From: Candidatus Bathyarchaeia archaeon
Lineage (GTDB): Archaea; Thermoproteota; Bathyarchaeia; Bathyarchaeales; Bathycorpusculaceae
Direction of reading: 5' to 3'
NCBI GenBank assembly: GCA_050012755.1
Contig: JBEKGO010000051.1
Location: forward strand, 1-10,214
Length of the DNA stretch: 10,214 nucleotides
Position numbers and translations under genes: made by a program. The notes below the pieces were generated by a model. That model worked only from the letters and a program-made list of their open reading frames with translations. It made no database searches and was not told the DNA's origin. Below, one piece after another: positions 6,900 through 10,214 of this stretch. How positions within the stretch are numbered: the stretch's first letter is position 1; each line of letters begins with the position of its first letter.

Positions 6900-7592
6900 G
6901 TTTCGTTCGCAGTCGGTCACATGTCAATCGCTTACCTATTAGGTAAAGGTTCCTCAAGACCGCTGCGTTACAAACCCAACATTCCATTGCTGCTGGTTCT
7001 TTCCATAATTCCTGATGTCGATATATTTTTTGATTACTTAACAGGAAGCCAACTGCATAGAGGTCCCACGCACTCGGTTATTGTGGCAATTATAGCTTTT
7101 ATTCCATTCTTTATCATCTATCGGAAAAAAGCAATACCCTATTTTTTGGCGTTAATTTCTCATCCGCTAATAGGCGACTTCTTCATTGGAGGTAAACTTG
7201 AATTACTGTGGCCTTTTTCAAACGCCCAATTTGGTCTTCATGAGTTAGGTGGTCCATACATTAGCATTTACATGCCTATAGACGGGCTCATAGAAGTGAT
7301 TCTGTTCGTATTTGCAATGGTTTTGTTAGTTAAAAGTAACGACTGGAAAGTTTTCTTCACGGCTCACAAATCAAACCTGCTACTGATTATCCCATTGTTT
7401 ACAGTCTTGCTGCCGACTACGATTGGGTATCCTTTTTCTGAATCGTTATTCTTGTTTAGCCCCATTTTAGCGGTTGCACATGCGATTTTAGTAGTGATTT
7501 TTAGCATAGCCGTTTTAAAAACCCTCCAATCACTGTACCAAAAAAGAAAAGCTCCAAGAAAACCTGGCGGCATAGACCTGAGTGGAAATTAG
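6900..7592 (+). CDS. Membrane-bound metal-dependent hydrolase, YdjM/DUF457 family; start uncertain (first ATG 6921, proposed GTT 6900)
   Basis: Family motifs IIPDVD, HRGPTHS and SHPLIGD are present, with several TM segments. The expected N-terminal His (SFAVGH) is encoded in frame just upstream of the ATG. Confidence 0.85.
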   Translation, partial: VSFAVGHMSIAYLLGKGSSRPLRYKPNIPLLLVLSIIPDVDIFFDYLTGSQLHRGPTHSVIVAIIAFIPFFIIYRKKAIPYFLALISHPLIGDFFIGGKLELLWPFSNAQFGLHELGGPYISIYMPIDGLIEVILFVFAMVLLVKSNDWKVFFTAHKSNLLLIIPLFTVLLPTTIGYPFSESLFLFSPILAVAHAILVVIFSIAVLKTLQSLYQKRKAPRKPGGIDLSGN

Positions 7593-7705
7593 AAAGGTTT
7601 TGCCCCAAAAGAGTTGATTTAAGATAGGACTATTGGTAGGTTTTCTTGGGATTTTCTCATTTTTGTCGATTCTTCACGTTGGAACTGCAGTTTTCTCAAG
7701 TAATA

Positions 7706-7712
7706 TTTATAT
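7706..7712 (+). promoter_or_regulatory. Putative TATA box of the polyferredoxin-hdrA operon
   Basis: TTTATAT lies about 90 nt upstream of the ATG at 7800, with a GGTGA RBS at 7787-7791. Confidence 0.45.
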
Positions 7713-7799
7713 CAAAAGCACTGCATTCACGTTTAACAAACCTCGGACTTTGACCATGATTTGTCTCGCCAAAGTAAAAACCTCTTGGTGAAAGAATAA

Positions 7800-8744
7800 A
7801 TGCCGTTAAAAACTATCAAAAAAGATACGTCAGACGCCCTGACTTTAGAATGGGTCTTACAAGTTAAAAATTACAAGCTAACTATTGATAAAAAACGCTG
7901 TGTCGGGTGCCAAATATGCAGTCTAGCATGCCCGAAAGAAGCCATAAAAACACAAAAACAAGCCAGAATTCAAGGAGAAAAGGCTAAAAAAGCCAAAATT
8001 GATGTTGACCTTGCAAAATGCAACTTCTGTGGAATATGCGACGTCACCTGCCCATATGGAGCAATAAAAGTAACCTTGAACGGTGAACATGACCTTTCTA
8101 TCTTATCCAAAGAAAGTTATCCGCAACTGGTTCGTGACATAAAAGTCGATTCTCATCAATGCCCAAAAGGCTGTGTAGAATGCGAAACGGCTTGTCCACT
8201 GGGCCTCATTGAAATATCTAAAATCGGTTTTGACGGCAAACCAGTCGGAAATGTGGAAGCCCTCTCACCCACAGCCAAAAGTCGTGTTCAAGTTAACCTT
8301 GACATCCAAAAAGATTATTGTCCAACTTGCAAATTGTGCGAGTCAAAATGTGTTCCGGGCGCAATAAAAGTCACGAAAGCATTTGAAGGAATAATCGGCA
8401 TTAATCAAGAGAAATGTCCTGAAGGCTGCATTGACTGCCTTGATGTATGCCCCATCCCAGGCGCATTGATGCTTGGTGAAGACAAAAAAGTTCATGCTAA
8501 CGAGATATATTGCACTTATTGTGGCGCGTGCAAAAATGTTTGCCCAGTAGATGAGGCGTTAGTTGTTAAACGTACAAAGATCCATCATACCACTATTCAT
8601 TCAGGAACGTGGAACAAAGCGTTAGAAAGATTGACTTCCCCAGGCGACGCTGCTAAAGAATTAAAAATTCAGGCTGACGAGAACAGACGCAAAGCAGTTA
8701 GTAAAAGATTTGTAGCATATGAAATTGGAAAGGAGGCAACTTAA
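7800..8744 (+). CDS. fwdF: Polyferredoxin, FwdF/FmdF-like, with six [4Fe-4S] motifs
   Basis: Six motifs: CVGCQICSLACP, CNFCGICDVTCP, CPKGCVECETACP, CPTCKLCESKCV, CPEGCIDCLDVCP and CTYCGACKNVCP. The C-terminal SGTWNKALERL helix resembles FwdF. The polyferredoxin call is secure; the symbol is less so. Confidence 0.75.
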   Translation: MPLKTIKKDTSDALTLEWVLQVKNYKLTIDKKRCVGCQICSLACPKEAIKTQKQARIQGEKAKKAKIDVDLAKCNFCGICDVTCPYGAIKVTLNGEHDLSILSKESYPQLVRDIKVDSHQCPKGCVECETACPLGLIEISKIGFDGKPVGNVEALSPTAKSRVQVNLDIQKDYCPTCKLCESKCVPGAIKVTKAFEGIIGINQEKCPEGCIDCLDVCPIPGALMLGEDKKVHANEIYCTYCGACKNVCPVDEALVVKRTKIHHTTIHSGTWNKALERLTSPGDAAKELKIQADENRRKAVSKRFVAYEIGKEAT

Positions 8745-10214
8745 TGAGCGGCCCATCTTGTAACCAAATTGAAACTGCTAAACCTGAAGAATTACGCGTC
8801 GGCGTTTTCGTTTGCCACTGCGGATTAAACATCGCAGGTACTGTAGACGTAAAGGCAGTTGCTGAATACGCAAGAACAATCCCAGACGTAGTTTTCGTCA
8901 AAGAGAACCGTTACACCTGCGCAGACCCTGGACAAGAAGAAATACGAAAAGCCATACGCGAACAAAAACTAAACCGTGTAGTCATCGCTGCTTGCTCACC
9001 AAGAATGCATGAACCCACTTTCAGACGCACCGTTTCAGAAGCTGGATTAAACCCGTTCCTTTTCGAAATGGCTAACATACGTGAATTCGCTTCATGGTGC
9101 CACCAAAACGACCCCGCAGCCGCAACGGAGCGAGCCAAAGATTCAGTTCGCATGGCTGTAGCAAAAGTACGTTTGATGCAGCAACTACAAACCATTGAAG
9201 TGCCAGTTACCAACAAAGCCCTCATCATCGGCGGCGGAATTGCAGGAATGAACGCAGCCTTAGACCTTGCAGAAATGGGCTATAAAGTCTACATGCTTGA
9301 GAACTCACAGAGCATTGGCGGACACATGGCGGCGCTTGACAAGACCTTCCCAACCTTGGACTGCAGTATCTGCATTGAAGGACCAAAAATGGTCGATTGC
9401 GGACGCCATCCAAACATAACAATTTTCGCTAACTCAGAACTTGTCAAAGTAGATGGTTACATCGGCAATTTTAAAGTGAAAATCCGCAAAAATCCCCGAT
9501 ATGTTATACCCGAAAAATGTACGGGATGCGGTGAATGCAAAGATGCTTGCCCAATTGAATACCCGAATGAGTGGGATATGAACTTGGGAACGCGCAAAGC
9601 AATTTCAGTGCCGTTTGACCAGACTGTACCACTGATTTACTCTATCAATAAAGATTATTGTATTGAATGTTTCAAATGCACTGATGTTTGCGGAGAACGG
9701 CAAGCCATAGATTTTAATCAGAAGCCTGAAGAAGTCGAATTTGACGTTGGAGCGATCATTGTTTCAACAGGTTTCGACGTTTACTTACCGTACGACATGC
9801 CATTGCTTGGCTACGGCAAATATCCCAACGTCATCACAAGCATGGAGTTTGAACGGCTCATTTTGGCTGCGGGTCCAACAGGCGGCAAAGTGATTCGGCA
9901 ATCAGACGGGCAAAAACCTCACAGAATCGCTTTCATCCAATGCGTCGGCAGCCGAGACAAAAACAAGTACCCATACTGCAGCAACTTCTGCTGCATGTAC
10001 ACGCTAAAACATGTGGTTCAACTCAAAGAGAAGTATAAAGAAGACATTGAAGTCTACGTTTTCTACATGGACATTCGCAGCCCAGGCAAAGGCTACGAAG
10101 AATTCTATGACCGCGCACGGGAACGAGGCGTACACTTCATCCGTGGACGCGTAAGCCGTATCGACGAAGACCCCCAAACTCACAATTTAACCGTTCACTC
10201 CGAAGATTCAAGCC
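8744..10214 (+). CDS. hdrA: Heterodisulfide reductase subunit A (FAD, Fe-S), 3'-partial
   Basis: Manual translation from ATG 8744 (TAATG overlap, AGGAGG RBS) gives RVGVFVCHCGLNIAG, VIAACSP, IIGGGIAG, LDKTFPTLDCSICI, CTGCGECKDACP, MEFERL, FIQCVGSRD, YCSNFCCMY and MDIRSPGKGYEEFY. The frame stays open to the window end. Confidence 0.96.
   Translation, partial: MSGPSCNQIETAKPEELRVGVFVCHCGLNIAGTVDVKAVAEYARTIPDVVFVKENRYTCADPGQEEIRKAIREQKLNRVVIAACSPRMHEPTFRRTVSEAGLNPFLFEMANIREFASWCHQNDPAAATERAKDSVRMAVAKVRLMQQLQTIEVPVTNKALIIGGGIAGMNAALDLAEMGYKVYMLENSQSIGGHMAALDKTFPTLDCSICIEGPKMVDCGRHPNITIFANSELVKVDGYIGNFKVKIRKNPRYVIPEKCTGCGECKDACPIEYPNEWDMNLGTRKAISVPFDQTVPLIYSINKDYCIECFKCTDVCGERQAIDFNQKPEEVEFDVGAIIVSTGFDVYLPYDMPLLGYGKYPNVITSMEFERLILAAGPTGGKVIRQSDGQKPHRIAFIQCVGSRDKNKYPYCSNFCCMYTLKHVVQLKEKYKEDIEVYVFYMDIRSPGKGYEEFYDRARERGVHFIRGRVSRIDEDPQTHNLTVHSEDSS

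Noticed and set aside
7747-7775. ACTTTG...CAAAGT stem in the putative fwdF leader
   Set aside because: It is only a 6-bp stem with an irregular interior and matches no known RNA motif.
9362-9373. Selenocysteine in HdrA
   Set aside because: The DCSIC cysteines are TGC codons, and I found no in-frame TGA in the visible hdrA.

Overview
An archaeal chromosomal window. Gene content, TATA-type promoters and GGTGA/GGAGG ribosome-binding sites fit an anaerobic archaeon; Bathyarchaeia is my inference, not shown directly. Left to right: the 3' part of a dihydropteroate-synthase-like (MJ0107/Orf20-type) gene; an ECF-type transporter S component (-) preceded by two tandem palindromes; an unannotated 16-codon lysine-rich ORF with its own promoter, RBS and terminator; pyrD-pyrK plus a small CxxC NifU-like protein; an unknown membrane protein (-); a 4xCBS protein fused to an HPF/RaiA-like domain (-), a likely ribosome hibernation factor; a YdjM-type membrane metal-dependent hydrolase whose reading frame seems to need a non-canonical start; and an FwdF-like polyferredoxin translationally coupled to hdrA, which runs off the right end and is missing from the ORF track. 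I saw no RNA genes, CRISPR arrays or mobile elements.
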